A DNA stretch of 64,000 nucleotides from assembly GCF_009914755.1 (NCBI RefSeq), contig NC_060929.1. One strand, 5' to 3'. Position numbers and translations under genes: made by a program. The DNA is from the human T2T-CHM13v2.0 reference genome, Homo sapiens. Positions 27,321 to 42,002 of the stretch are shown piece after piece (the first letter of the stretch is position 1; each line of letters opens with the position of its first letter). Below the pieces are notes generated by a model, which searched no databases, was not told the origin of the DNA, and saw nothing but the letters and a program-made list of their open reading frames with translations.

Positions 27321-29629
27321 TGTGAACCTGATAGTACCAATATGAGGAATAAATGGGAAAAAGCTTATTAATATATTTTGCATGTGACCTATCACAACAG
27401 CAACAATTCAGTATAGTATGTTTTAATTCATTATCTCTATCATCATAATCATCAGCAGCATTATTATTTGCTCTTAATTATTAAAAGGTTTTATTCATGT
27501 AATTCTGTCTAAATAAGCTAGCATATTTATCAGTGTCTGTATTTTCTTCTGTTCTGTCCCTCCATCAAGATTCTTTCAAATATATCTATCACTGTGGAAA
27601 CCATGATTTTACTGGTTTTTACATTACCATTGCAGATAATGAACTGAATTATACTGAAATGGGATAATCACATTAATTTAAGAGTCTTGTTACCTATGAC
27701 ACATTGTTATTAAAGAAAATCACAAAAAAGTACCTTTGTTAAGTAGTTCATGCATTCAATCTCGCTTTATTTTTATTTGATTACTTACATATATGTGAGT
27801 ATATAGACATATACATCATGTATTATTTAATTCCTAAAGACTAGCTAAGATGTTAAATATTCTGTCAGCTTTCCCTTCTATGTATAAAATTCCCATTAAC
27901 CTTGTTAAACTAATCTATATTTTAGAAACACGAATATTATTATTCTGGTCAGATTCATTACTACATAGATTAAAATGTTTATCAATTCATAATTTTTCTA
28001 TTTTATGAAATTAATTATATCACCATAACACTTTGTTTAAACCTTTAAAATGTTTTCTATCTTGCTTCAGAAGTAAGTGCCCTATTCTCCAAACTTGATG
28101 TGTAATTTAATTCATTATGATAGTAATTATCCACCTATCTGAAGTTTCACATATAGATAACGAGCATTAACAGCCCGGGCCCTACTAAGCTCTAAAACTT
28201 TAAAAAAGAAATATATAAATATATCTCAAACACCTGAGATTGCCATTAAAATGACCTGATATGGTAAAAATACTTTGAAAAATATCTTTGAGTTCTAGTC
28301 TTTTGGAGCTTTGAACTTCATGTTTTTTATTCTCTTTACCTTTCCACCCTTTTAATAATAACAATAAATTGCAAAATAGCTAAAGGCTTTGCAAAAACCT
28401 TGAATTAATTTTTTTCAATGCAGAGCAATACTCTTATCAAACTAATAGTATTTGGAATCATAATCATTAAGTAAGCTGTGATTAATAATTTAAACTGAAA
28501 ACTAGTCATTTTAGTCTGAAATTGAAAAATTCAAGGAGTCTATGTGTTTGGGAAAAAGAGAGGGTTCTGTTGGCAGTTTCTATAAACAAAACTTTGTAAA
28601 ACAAAAGAAAACAAACAAAAACCCAAATACAAAACTGAAAGCCATTGAAACATTTATTTTATGTACTGTTAATTTATGAGCTTCCCATCCTTTCACATAA
28701 TCATCAAAGATATGTCTATAGATTGTTATATGCATACGTAAAAAATTCCTGTTACCATCCCTATTTTCTTTTTAATGGATTTTATTAATGTAACTATTAA
28801 ACTAAATTTACCTTTATAATATCTGTGGAATATGAACTATGTTAGCGGCAACTGCTCTGGGTGTCTGGGTGTTGCAGATTCTGCAAAGCCTAGAGGCAGC
28901 TTGATTTCTGACATCAGGATAGATCTCAAGAAACATGTCAAACTCTTCCCCTACTCACAAGGTTAAAATGTACAATGTTGTAGTTATTGATTTCCTTCTA
29001 TACATCAGACATGGTGCTAAGGGTTACACAGAATGGTTCTCAATTCAGTGTATGTGACTTACTCAATCTTTCTTCCCTTTTTCAGCCAATTGCCGAAAGG
29101 AGTTACCATCACTGGCAAGCCTTTCATATCTGCCCAATCACACCTAGCTCACTGCAATCTAGCTGCCAACTAAAGCACAAAACGATTTTTTGTTAAAGTT
29201 GCGATAAAATCCTACACGCCAAATTAAATGGAGAAAATGTTGGTCTTTTATTGGATTTCTCTGATGCAGATGACACTATTAATCACTAACACATACTTAA
29301 ATTATATATGTTTTTGGTTTTTCTAAACCTTCTTGGATATATTTGCAATTTTTATGTATATTTTGTCTATTAGATTCCTAATCCTCTTTTGAATAAACTA
29401 TTTATTCAGAAATAAATATTAAATATTCTGGATGAAAAATTTATCCAGAAATTTTTATTCTACATGCATGGCTTGAATCACTTCATCTAGTCTTGTAATT
29501 TTAATTATTTTTGATATAATTATTATTTCTAAATTTATGATCTTAAATCACGACTCTCTTGAGTTTTAGAATTGTGTATCTAACTCTCTCCTATTTATCA
29601 AAAGCATCTACCTCAACACTGAATATATT

Positions 29630-30335
29630 GGCTAAAAATAAAAACACCACTAGTACCAAGTATTGGTAAATGAGGAGCAACTGTGACTCTCATATTCTGC
29701 TGGTGGTAATGTAAAACACTACAAGCATTTTGGAAAATTCTTTCCAGTTGGTCATAAATTTAAACATACATGAATAAAAAAGATCTGGAAATTGCTATCA
29801 TAAGTATTTACCCAAGACCTTGTGTCCACTCAATGATTTCAATGATTTATACATGGATATGCAGAGCAGCTTTACCTGTAATTGCCAAAACCTGGAAACA
29901 ATTGAATTACCCATCAATAGGTATATTGATAAACAATTTGTGGTTCCACTTCATACAATGGAATACTATTCAGAAATGAAGAAGGAACACGCAATTGATG
30001 CCTTGAAAAATATGAATGAATATTGACATTATGCTAAAGACAAAAAGGTATACACAAAAGTACATACTGTACGATTCTATTTTAAAACAATTTAGAAAAT
30101 ATCTATAATCTATACTGGCAAAATGCAGGTCAGTAGATACAGGAGGCTGGATGTCTGAAAAAACTGACTGCAAACATTCATGAAGGAATATTTGGGGTCA
30201 TAGAGATCTTCTGTATCTTGATTGTGGTGTTGGTTAGATAGATGCAAATGGATGTTGAAACACATTGAACTCTGTATTTATAATAGTTAAATTGTATTAG
30301 ATGTTCTTAAGTTTCAATTAAGACGATTTAAAAAT
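29630..30335 (+). mobile_element. L1ME/L1MC 3' end
   Basis: GAGCAACTGTGACTCTCATATTCTGCTGGTGG, ACAATGGAATACTATTCAG, TCTGTATCTTGATTGTGGTG. Confidence 0.75.
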
Positions 30336-30478
30336 TGAATTCTTTGGCATTGCAACTCCTCCTGTCCCATCTCCGCTCCCCTCCCGCCAAAATATTCTTA
30401 TTTTTCCTATATCAGCTTGGTGATAAGCCCGCAATATACCCAATCATCCAAGATGAAAGTTTGTAATTCATTCATGCC

Positions 30479-30834
30479 TGTCTTAGTCAGTTTGGGCTGC
30501 TGTAACAAATATACCATATACTGGGTGGCTTAATTACAAATATTGATTTCTCATAGTTCTGTAAACTGGGAACCCCAGCATCCAGGTTCTGGCAGATTCA
30601 GTGTCTGGTTGGGGGGCCACTTCCTTGTTTGCAGATGGCTGTTTTTCTTGTTGTATCCTCACATGGTAGAAAGCAGAGAGGAAACACTCATGTCTCTTCT
30701 TATAAAGTAGCTAATTCCATTTGTGACAGCTCCAACCTCATGACCTAATTACCTCCCAAAGGCCCACCTCCCACTACCATCACATCCTTTCAGTATATGA
30801 ATTTTGGGTGGACACAAATATTGAGTCCATAACA
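30479..30834 (-). mobile_element. MLT1A-family solo LTR
   Basis: TGTCTTAGTCAGTTTGGGCTGCTGTAACAAA..ATGAATTTTGGGTGGACACAAA..ATAACA. Confidence 0.85.
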
Positions 30835-32857
30835 ATCTCTAATTTCATCCTTTCCTTCATTCCATGCCCAATTGCCAAACTCTTCTGTCTATATCATCTA
30901 TTACTCAGATGTGCCAAACCCTATGTCTTCACTCCCTTTCTTCTAATAATCCTCCCCCTTTGTGGTTAACACAGCTGGTTTACATGAAACTGACCCTCAC
31001 CAACTACCAATCAGATTTAGTTAGGACCTATTATAATGCTTTATCAAATTGGCCAGATAATTTGGTTTTAGGTAGGGAAATGTAAATGTATTTACTACTT
31101 CTTCCCAGGTTTTAGTGAAACTATTAAAAAGAAGCATTACCTTTCCACTAGTGTAATCATCAAATATGGTAATATAACTCTAGAACTTATGGAAAATATT
31201 AAGGGCCAATAAATAAAATATAATTTCTTCCCTCATAGTACATAACTAAATGAGAAACAAGACATAGGAGACATTGAAGTAGAGATCTATATTTCAAATT
31301 TATTACTGATATACCTATTTGGAGAATGTAACTTTTGTATTGCAGCCAAATAGGCTTGCTAGGATTGTCTCACAACAAGACGGATTTACCTGTTTAGGCA
31401 TTGGCACCCGTGTACAACTAAACTGCAGGCCTCTTGTACGAGAGCTGGCTCTGTGACAAAATGACCAAACAAGAAAGAAAACTAGAATGAACCTTTTCTG
31501 TGGCAGGCAGATATGAAAGAGAGAGGTTACTGAGTTAGGCATGTATAATTTCTTCTTCCTGAGGGATTTATCAGGTAAGTCCCTTCTTCTCAGGGGAAAA
31601 AGTTAATATGGCATGGAAATAATCAGAAAGTATTCCTCTCCTACAACACCATGCTGGAGATTAGAGAAGACATTTCCTCTGCTATATGGAAATATAAAGT
31701 ATGGGGATTAAGTGCCATACCCTAAAAGAGTTGTCTCTGACCTTTCCTCTAGCATACATAACAGACAAAGAGTCCACATCGGAATGAAGCCAACACAGAG
31801 AAATGATTAGTAGGAAAATTGAGAAAAAAATTTTCTGAAGACATTGTTTGAACACCCGAATTCAGACTGGCAAGTCCTTTATGTCACTGTTCCCTGGCTC
31901 CATAACGAGGGTGATGACCTTTATTACTGTAAATAGAGAAGGAGCTATGGCTGGAGATCTTATGCAGAAGGGTTTGGCTGATTTTCTTCTAATACACAAC
32001 CTCAATTATTGGCCCAAATGCTTGTGCAGTCTTCTGTATGCATGAGGCTTTATGTCCATTGACAAGTGCCAACTTGAAGTACTGCATGTTCACCAGTTTA
32101 ATGAGTTACTTATGGCATCATAGAATTCAGAGCTAAGCTAGCTGTGAACTGTTGAGGCCCTTGTGATGATGTGCAAAGGGCTCACATGTGAGGTGATAGC
32201 AGGGAAATTGTACAAATTGGATAACCAACTGATGGTTGAAGATAGTATTTGCTAAAGGCAAAAGATATTAGTTTTCTGTTCTTATTAATTATGTGAAGCT
32301 TCTTATTCTAAATTTAATGTATAAGTTGATAGACAATTATTAGGTGCATGTTAGCAGCAAAAGAAAAAAATCATACATGTCACTGAAGTTTGAGAAACAT
32401 TGTCACAGTGCAGCTAAGTACAATATCATCATGTATATTTTCTTCTGAAACTACTCCCTTTTCTACATAAGACATTAACATTACTACTAATACGATAATT
32501 TTGGCTCTACTGCTTAAATTCTAGGAAGTGGTGTTGAAATACTTTTTAAAGCATAAAACCAGTTTAGTAGTTTGCATTTTACATTGACTTGAAACTAAAT
32601 AATGCAAAGCCTAAGATATTGTTGACATATCCATGGGGAGATTATGAATAAAATAGGACAACACACAGTTCACCAGAGTAAATATATGAATCCAGTATTC
32701 AACTTTATATTTTATCATATAAAAATTTGTAGAGTAATATTATCTCATGAGTTCTTATGAGCATTAAATGGTAAATGAGCTAACATTGATATACTTATAA
32801 TAGTGTCAAAGAGATTACCATCACCACAAACTATTTTGTTAAAAAAATTAAGATGTT

Positions 32858-33166
<309 letters not shown>

Positions 33167-34699
33167 TTAAAATTTTTCCTTCTCTCAAACACATGCACAA
33201 ACCTCAGCTCAGTATTTGTAAAGAAAAAATGATTAACATCTCGACATTCAAAAATCTGTGCTCTTACAGGTAAAGATCAAATACCTTAACTGCAAGGCTG
33301 TATGCAAGTAGCGTTATAAAAATGTTTCTCCAAACCTATAGTATATTTGAAAGAAACCCTCTAATCAACCCAAAAGAGTCGTCTATTTGTTTTTCACAAA
33401 ATATTTGCCAAACTTCTTTTCTCCCCACCGTTTTATTTGCTGGTTTCTTTTTGTGAGACACTCTCTGGTATCTTCTGCTTATAGAAATCCTACTCTTAAT
33501 CCAAGACTTTAATTCTAACATTCTTCATGAATAATATTTTGATTGACTCAAATTTGGGCTATCACACAATACTTTAGATCATGTATGTTTATGTATGCCT
33601 TTTCTCTCTAAGCAGTGAATCACGTTTTTTAAAAGATTAGGGTATATTCTTCACATTATATTGTGTATTCAAGACTAAATTAGTGCCCCATGTTGCACAA
33701 TTTACAAAGGACTGTTGATGACCATACTACTGCAGATACTCAACGTTTTACATCTTCAGGACCTTCATGGCCACAGTCTGCATAATTCAGTTCAGGTGAA
33801 AAAAAAGTTTTTCTGTCAATATTGGATTTAGTATGAGATTTATCAAGTATGACTTAAAATAGATGTTAACAGGATTTAGAGTACAAAAATTAAGGACAAA
33901 GAGAATAAGTAATGTAACAATGCTTCTAAATCTTCATCTTATAGAGAGAAGAAACATACCAAATAAAGAACAGCCTGGATATTTGATCTATGATTTATAG
34001 ATATACATAAAATCATATGCCCAATATTTAGAGAATACTTGTTATTTCAAATAAAAATGGAGTAGTACTAACAACTTACCACATACTGTGTTAGGTCACT
34101 AAGCACATTTCAATGCAAACAAAAAATCATTACTATATAATCACATAATCTGGTAGGTCAGAAATGTATCTGATCAGAAGGCTATGCCTCTCTTTTGGGT
34201 AAACACTGAGTGTAGTAATGACAGGGATAGCATTGAAAATCAGTGGATAAAGAGTTGACCCTTTAGTAAATGGTACTGGAAAAAGTAGATGCCATATGGA
34301 AATAAATAGATTCCCCATCTCATTCTAAAAATAAGTTCCATATGAATTAAAGCTGAAAATATGAAAACAAAACTTTCACAACTCATGAGAATATAGAGGA
34401 CAATAAATTTCTAACCCTTAGTAATGAAGGATTTCTTAACCAAGGGCTAAATTTCTATAAATAAGAAAAAAAAGATGTATTTCAGAATATTAAAATTAAA
34501 GTTTTGTAATGAATTAAAGAGAATGTTAATTCGATGGATTCCTATGTTAAATTTATTTAAATTAACTTATTGAAATTAAACTAACAAGCTCCACAAATCA
34601 GTGAGTAGAGGCAAAGAACTAAAAGGAACATGAATGAAAGATACACAAGCAAATAATAGAAGCAGAAACTATAGCAGGCTATGTATATGTACATATATA

Positions 34700-36070
34700 T
34701 AGTCATGTGTCACTTGTCAACAACAGGGACATGTTCTGAGGAAGTTGGTCCCCAAGTACTTTTTGTTGTTGTATAAGCATCATAGAGTGTACTTCTCCAA
34801 ACTTAGATGGTATAGACTGCTACCCACCTATGGGTAGGTATATATGGTATAGCCTATTGCTCCTAGGCTGCAAACCTGAACAGCATTTTATTGTACTGAA
34901 TACTGTAGGCAATGTAACACAATGGTAAGTTTTTGTGTATCTAGATCTAACTAAACACAGAAAAGGCACAGTAAAAATATGTTATAGTGAATAAAAATGG
35001 TACACCTGTATAGGGCACGTATCATAAATGAAGCTTGCAGGACTGGAAATTACTATGGATGAGTCAGTGAGTGAGTGGTGAGTGAATGCTGAGGCCTAGA
35101 ACATTACTGTACACTACTGCAGACTTTATAAACTATATACTGATGCTACCCTCAATTTTTAAAAATATTTTTCTTTTTCAATAGTGAATTAACCTTAGCC
35201 TACTATAAATTTTTTACTCTATAAACTTAATTTTCTAACTTTTTGACTCATTTAGAATAACGCAGTTTAAAAAGTACACTGTATAACTGTACAAAAATAT
35301 TTTCTTTATTTATATCTTTATTCTATAAGCATTTTCCTATTTTAAAAAGTTTAAACTAGTTTTTACTATTTAAAATTATGTATTAACAACTAAAACTCAA
35401 AGTCACACATTAGCCTAGGCCTACACTTATATCTTACAAGATATAAGATATTTATATCTTGTAAGATATAAGATATTTGTATCTTGTAAGATATAAGATA
35501 TTTGTATCTTGTAAGATATAAGATATTTGTATCTTGTAAGATATAAGATATTTGTATCTTGTAAGATATAAGATATTTATATCTTATACCTTCCACATCT
35601 TGTCTCACTGGAAGGTCTTCAGGGACAATAACGTGCATGGAGCTGTCATCTCCCATGATAACAAAGCCTTCTGAAATATCTCATGAAAGACCTGCCTGAG
35701 GCTGTTTTACAGTCAACTTAAAAAAAAATATATATATATATATATAAGTACAAGTGCCTCTAAATAAAGTGCCTCTAAAATAAAGATAAAAATTATAGTA
35801 AATACATAAACAGTTGCATAGTTGCTTATTACCAAGTATTAAGTACTATGTGTAACTGATTGTGCTATACTTTTCTTTCTACTGGCAACACAGTAGTTTT
35901 GTTTACGCCAGCATCAACACAAACACACGAGTAGTGTATTGTGCTATGCTGTTACAATGGCTATGAAATCACTTAGGCAGTAGGAATTTTTCAGCTGCAT
36001 TATAGTTTTATGAGGCCATCATCATATATGAGGTTCATTGTTGACAAAATCATTATGTGGTGCACGACTG
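34700..36070. mobile_element. Tigger3b (Golem) Tc1/mariner DNA transposon
   Basis: TIR-like ends (T)AGTCATGTGTCAC and GTGGTGCACGACTG flanked by TA. Internal GAGTCAGTGAGTGAGTGGTGAGTGAATG. Confidence 0.88.
35427..35588. repeat. 25-bp minisatellite, about 6.4 copies, with quasi-palindromic units
   Basis: Unit ATCTTGTAAGATATAAGATATTTGT starting at 35431, 35456, 35481, 35506, 35531 and 35556. Confidence 0.95.
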
Positions 36071-36599
36071 TATATATATTTTATATATATTACATATAAG
36101 TATATAAAATATGTTCAAACTGAATATTAATAAGTATAAGAAGAATGTAACTAATAAGTTTCCATTTCACACCTATCAGACTAACAAAGTGTAAAGTTCA
36201 TAATATTAGCTATTAATGAGGATGTAAGAAAATTAAATTCATTATGCAATATACATGGACATGGAAATTGGAATATTTGGAAAGGCAATATTTAGAAGAG
36301 TTGAATATTTTGTGTATCCCTGAAATTTTAATAATGTAAATATTCATATATGTATACAGGAAACAAATGCAATTATTTTATTGCAGCATTGTGTAGAATG
36401 GCAACAACTTGGAAAAAAATTTAAATATTTTTCAATAAAGTAATTTTAAAACTCTGGTATATTCATATAGTAGTATCCTAAAAAACAGTTAACAAGAATG
36501 AACTACATCCTTTTAGTTTCAAGGTGGCCAATCTCAAGAGCATAATGCTGAGTGAAAATAGAAAATTGCAAAAGAATATTTACAGTATGATATCAATGA

Positions 36600-36841
<242 letters not shown>

Positions 36842-37021
36842 AGAACAATGTAAATCTTATAAACACACAGACTAGCACTATTTTACATGATATAAGTAGA
36901 GAAATAAATATATAATCATACATAGAATAAACAACTTCAAGTTTAAGCAAATAAGAAAAGAGTGAGATAAGGAAGATGCATTAACTAGTTTTGTAATACT
37001 GTATTCAGAAATATTTTGAGG

Positions 37022-37293
<272 letters not shown>

Positions 37294-37936
37294 AAAATAT
37301 TATGAGGCAAATATGACATAAAAACATTTTACATCTGAGTACAGTGTACATGAGGTTTATTACATATTTAAAAGTAATAAAATTTAAAAATAGAATAATT
37401 TTATAATTTATGAATGTAGAAACTAAGTTCAAAGACATCAATTTAGAATATTTCTTGTTTTTCCATTTATAATAATTCATAAAGATGCTACCACTGACAC
37501 ATTTAGTAAACATATTCTGGTTTCCTGTGATACCAAATATTTTAAACTTTACAGAGGGGAAAACATAAATAATGCTTGTTCTCTTATGCTTAATAATATT
37601 ATAGTAGATTTCTATATTAAATACACCTCTTAGAAACCTCATATGACCAGAAATATTCTTTGATTAGTAGAAGGGTTAGTTCCATTAGAGTAGTGGCCTA
37701 CATTATATATTATCCTAGATTTATTTTTACTTTTCTAGGAAATTATCTACAATATCTAATTTTATTTTATTCAATAATATATAACAATTATTATTTTGCA
37801 TTTACCTGAAAAGATGAGGCACATTTTACTTATCATTTTTTCCTGGAAAGCATAGAAGAGCTATATGTTCATAAAATGGAATTCATACATCCTAATTTTA
37901 TAAAATATAAGTGAGGCTAAAATTGACTAAATATAC

Positions 37937-38288
37937 TGATATGGTTTGGCTGTGTCCCCACCCAAATCTCATCTTGAATTGTAACTCCCACAGTTCACAC
38001 ATTTCATGGAGGAACCCAGTGGGAGGTGATTGAATTATACAGATGGATCTTTCCTGCACTATCCTCGTGTTAGTGAATGAGTCTCTGAGGAGATCTGATG
38101 GTTTTAAAAATGGGAGTTTCCCTGCACAAGCTCTCTTCTCTTGTCTGCCACCATATGAGATGTGCCTTTCACCTTCCGCCATGATTGTGAGGTCTCCCCA
38201 GCCATGTGGAACTGTAAGTTCATTAAACCTCTTTTGCTTCCCAGTCTTGGGTATGTCTTTATCAGCAGCGTGAAAACGGACTAATACT
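37937..38288 (+). mobile_element. THE1A/B solo LTR
   Basis: TGATATGGTTTGGCTGTGTCCCCACCCAAATCTC..GCAGCGTGAAAACGGACTAATAC. TSD TATAC/TATAG. Confidence 0.92.
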
Positions 38289-38349
38289 TATAGTTCATTT
38301 TGTTGAGACTAAGCGCACAGAATTTATCTAAAAAATACTTCAAAACTGC

Positions 38350-38560
38350 TTCTTATGCTTCAGAATCAGTTCTAAGCACCTTATAAATGTGAGTTCATAT
38401 ACCTTTATGCCAATCCAGTGAGGTAGACACTAAGATACCCTCATTTCACATGTGTGAAATCTAAGGCACTGCAAACTTGTTTAATGTCACAGAGCTTGTA
38501 GATGATAGATTCAGCCCATGAACTTTGCTCTAAACATGCTGCTTCTAACTACTCTGTTAT
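38350..38560 (-). mobile_element. MIR
   Basis: GTTCTAAGCACCTT..GTGAGGTAGACAC..CTCATTTCACA..GTCACAGAGCT. Confidence 0.6.
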
Positions 38561-38615
38561 GTTCTAATAATGGGCATATGTATGCATTGGTGTCAATCTG
38601 AAATTTAGTTGAATA

Positions 38616-38687
38616 TATGATTTTTGGTAACCTGATTGGTATGATTTTTGGTAACCTGATTGGTATGATTTTTGGTAACCTGACTGG
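38616..38687. repeat. 24-bp tandem triplication
   Basis: TATGATTTTTGGTAACCTGATTGG three times; the third copy ends GACTGG. Confidence 0.95.
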
Positions 38688-39831
38688 TCTTCTTGTAAAT
38701 GCACTTGGGCTTGTTGGAATACACATGGTCCAATCTAGGTATTGTAATAATCGTGCTAACATGTTGAAACAAAAAATTCAGTTACTCACTGCAAAGATTC
38801 CCACTAATAGGGTAATTTTCTTTTCTGCTAAATGAAGACACAGCCCCAATATAAGAAACTTCTAAATATAACAGCACAAGATCTGTAATGAGCCAACTTT
38901 TTCTACAACTGAAATAGCCCACAGTCCTTAATTAAAGCAAAAATTAACCAGTTTCAACAACGAAGACAGATCACCTTTTGTCAGGTCTTTGAAAAGATGA
39001 CAACACTACCTTCTCATCTCAAGTTCAGTCATGATGTATTTTGCTTCTTTAGCAGGGTTAACTCAATGTGAAAGACCTAAGTAGCAGGTTCTTCAAGTTG
39101 TCATCACAGCAGAAATCTCACTGGGAGTCCTGTTTTCTATTATAAGCCTAATTTGGCATATTGATTAATTTAATTTAATTCATTAATAATTAAATTGGCC
39201 ACCTACACTATATGAGGTGCTGAGGTAGATGCTTTGGGAAATGCAAGATTTATATTGCTCTCAATATCCCACACTCTAGGGCACACCTTATTTGACCACA
39301 TTTCCTGTCTCAGATTGTGATATGTCTTTACTCCAACTTACCAAGTCAGATTCTTCAATGCACAGCCTTGGGGCTCAATAGTTCTGTGTGTACCAATTCA
39401 TTTTTTGCTTTTGTCAGCAATAAACCTTAAAAAAATTATCTGAAGTCTAAAATAATTACTTTTGTTAGAAACTTTACATTTTTCGTATTCTAAGTGGTGT
39501 GCATATTCTAAATCTTGACATTTTTCACATTCTAAATGATGTGCAAATATAGTGAATCCAGTAATTCTAAAGTTTTGGGGATAGGGTGTTTAATTGTTCA
39601 AGGAATCATACTTTATTTACATTTCAAACATATACTCGGTAAGTATAGGTGTAGATGGAGGAATCGGAAGAGTAAGAGGGTTGGAAGATGATGAGGAAGC
39701 TGTTTATAATGTATCAGGAGAAATTGCCTGTACATTTACAGTGTGTTATGGAATAGCAACCCATATCATATTATAAAAATCTCTAGGAAAATATTTATTA
39801 AAATATCTATTTAAAATAATATCATAATTAG

Positions 39832-40205
39832 TGTCTTAGTCAGCTTAGGCTGCCATAACAAAATACCATAGACTGAGTAACTTAAACAATGGAAATTTAC
39901 TTCTCACAGTTCTGGAGGCTGAAAAGTTTAAAATCAAAGTATCAGCATGGTCAGATTTTGGTGAAGACTCTCCTCCTGGTTTGCAGATGGCCACCTTTCC
40001 ACACTGTGTCTCCACACGGTGGAGAGAGTGAGCTCTGGTGTCTCTTCCTCTTATTATAAATCACCAAATCTATTGTATTAGGTCTCTGCCTTTATGACCT
40101 CATTTAACTTTTAGCACCTCTTCACAGGCCCTGTCTTCAAATACATTAGTGGTTAGGACTTCAACATACGAATTTCGGGGAGACACAAACATTTGCTCTA
40201 TAACA
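39832..40205 (-). mobile_element. MLT1A-family solo LTR
   Basis: TGTCTTAGTCAGCTTAGGCTGCCATAACAAAATACC..GGACTTCAACATACGAATTT..ATAACA. Confidence 0.85.
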
Positions 40206-41780
40206 ATATGTAAAAGGCTATTAACTGAAATAAAGATTCTTTGATCCCAGGAGCTAGCCAATAACAGGCCACTGGAAAAATCAATTGAAAAAGTGCCAAT
40301 TGATTATATATTGCATGTGACTCTCATTTTAGTGGCTATTTATATTCAGAGAAAGATCAGAAACAGAAATTCCAATGACCGGGGCAGGGGGTTCCTTTGA
40401 GATAACTTATATAGATAATAAAACCCTGTGAAGATGGCATAAAATCTGAATTTTGAACAGTCACTATGCTTTAGATGAATTAATATGGGGAACAAGAATA
40501 TATTCCAAACCATCAATATCTTGAAATTTAGAATCGCTTGAAGACAATCCTATTGCCAAGGAATGTAGTTGAAAAACTTGAGCCATGGATTATTGAGGGG
40601 AATTACCAGATTTATCAGGATGGCAGATAAACGTCTAGGGAAATAGTGCTCAATGCAGCCTTATAAAGGTAGCAATAAAACATTAGAAGGAATTGGAGAA
40701 TTGGGATACATAAACTTCAGTCATCAAAAAAAAAAAAGTAGCAGAAAATAAGGCGAGGGGATTATCCTTTCACTCACCCCACTGTCTTTGTTATTTTTTT
40801 TTTCCCCATCACAGATCTCATTTTGTTCTCTACCAAATCTTATGTTTAGCTTGATGCATTTAAACTATATTGCAGTTTGGTTCTACTAAGAATGTATGCA
40901 TACCGTTGTACTATTTGAGAAGAAGGAGAAAGAAAATTAGCAGAAAAATACTTTGTTGTTTCATGTTCTGCTTAATATGGCCTCAAATCAATATTTACTT
41001 TGAAAAATTTTAAATCGCTTGTGTCCAAAGATATTATAAATCTCTAGCTTTCAGGGATATCTGTTTTTTTAACTCATAAAAATAATTATTAATGCTAGTG
41101 CTTGTGGGTGCAAATTAAGATCTTTATTCTGCTAGCTTAAAAGTCATTTGATTGCTTTCATTCTTTCCTATATGCACAGACAAATGCCATTCATGCTTCT
41201 TTTCCATATAGTAGCCTAGCAACTGCAAATTTCAAGAACTTTTTATAATTACATTCTCTGAATAATTTTAAAAGTATGTCACCCTCTCAAATCCAAGAGA
41301 ATACTGCTAGTTGGCCTTGCAAATGACCAAGGCCATCATTCTTACTTGTTAGAAATTTAGCTTGGTAATCTTTCTGTGTTGTCAAGAAGTTCAGTCTGAT
41401 GTCCCAAAATACCAAACCTCCACTTATAAAAATATTCGGAACCAAAAGAAAATCAAAGAATAACACAGTTTGTACTCTAGAGGACAGTAATACTGCTCCC
41501 TGGTTTCTGGATTTTTGAAAGATGAATAATGCAGTCAATGTACTCAGACAACAAAATTAAATCAGTTACAAGCTCTGAGAAATGTACACAAAAATACAAA
41601 TACATGAGCAAGACTCAAATAAGATTGATTTCCAAAAGTCACAAAATAAAATATATTTTGAATTTGAGTTAATGCAGGCTTAAGAATTAATTTAGAAAGA
41701 TAATTATCATAGATGATGATGAAAGTAGAAAGTTGTTACCTCACATAGGGAATATTTTAAATTACTATTTTCCTAGAAAG

Positions 41781-42002
41781 TAGAGTTGCTAGGAATAAAA
41801 CACAGGCTCTCAGTTAAAGTTGAATTTCAAATAAACAACAAACAATTTTTTAGTGCAACTATGGCCTATAAATTACTTGGTATAAATATACCCCATGAAT
41901 ATTTGACATCTACTTACAGTAACAAAGATATTTACCATTTATCTGGAACTCAAATTTTACTAGGCTGTCAGGTATTTTTATTTGCTAAATGTGGAAACTC
42001 TA
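41781..42002. mobile_element. MER53 palindromic hAT MITE
   Basis: TAGAGTTGC..CAGTTAAAGTTGAATTTCAAATAAACAAC ... TTTATCTGGAACTCAAATTTTACT..TTTGCTAAATGTGGAAACTCTA. Confidence 0.8.

Larger units (their letters stand above)
29050..30920 (+). mobile_element. Fragmented L2, interrupted by L1ME and MLT1A
   Basis: L2 RT-like CACTGCAATCTAGC..GCCAAATTAAATGG..TCTCTGATGCAGATGACACT, and later CCCAATCATCCAAG. Confidence 0.5.

Noticed and set aside
35427-35588. CRISPR-like array of palindromic repeats
   Set aside because: The units are head-to-tail with no unique spacers, there are no cas genes, and the DNA is primate.
35390-35656. Repetitive 88-aa ORF (YKYLISYKIQ..)
   Set aside because: It is a translation of the 25-bp minisatellite inside Tigger3b.
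38511-38835. ORFs with IFGNLIGM / RLPKIIPI repeats
   Set aside because: They are an in-frame by-product of the 24-bp triplication, with no other coding signal.
39475-39550. Short diverged tandem duplications (also at 2830, 7194, 13188, 26044, 35752, 49752)
   Set aside because: These are ordinary slippage products with no evident functional motif.
40500-40670. Peptide WIIEGNYQIYQDGR faintly resembling a CR1/L3 endonuclease
   Set aside because: Too short and interrupted by stop codons to support a call.
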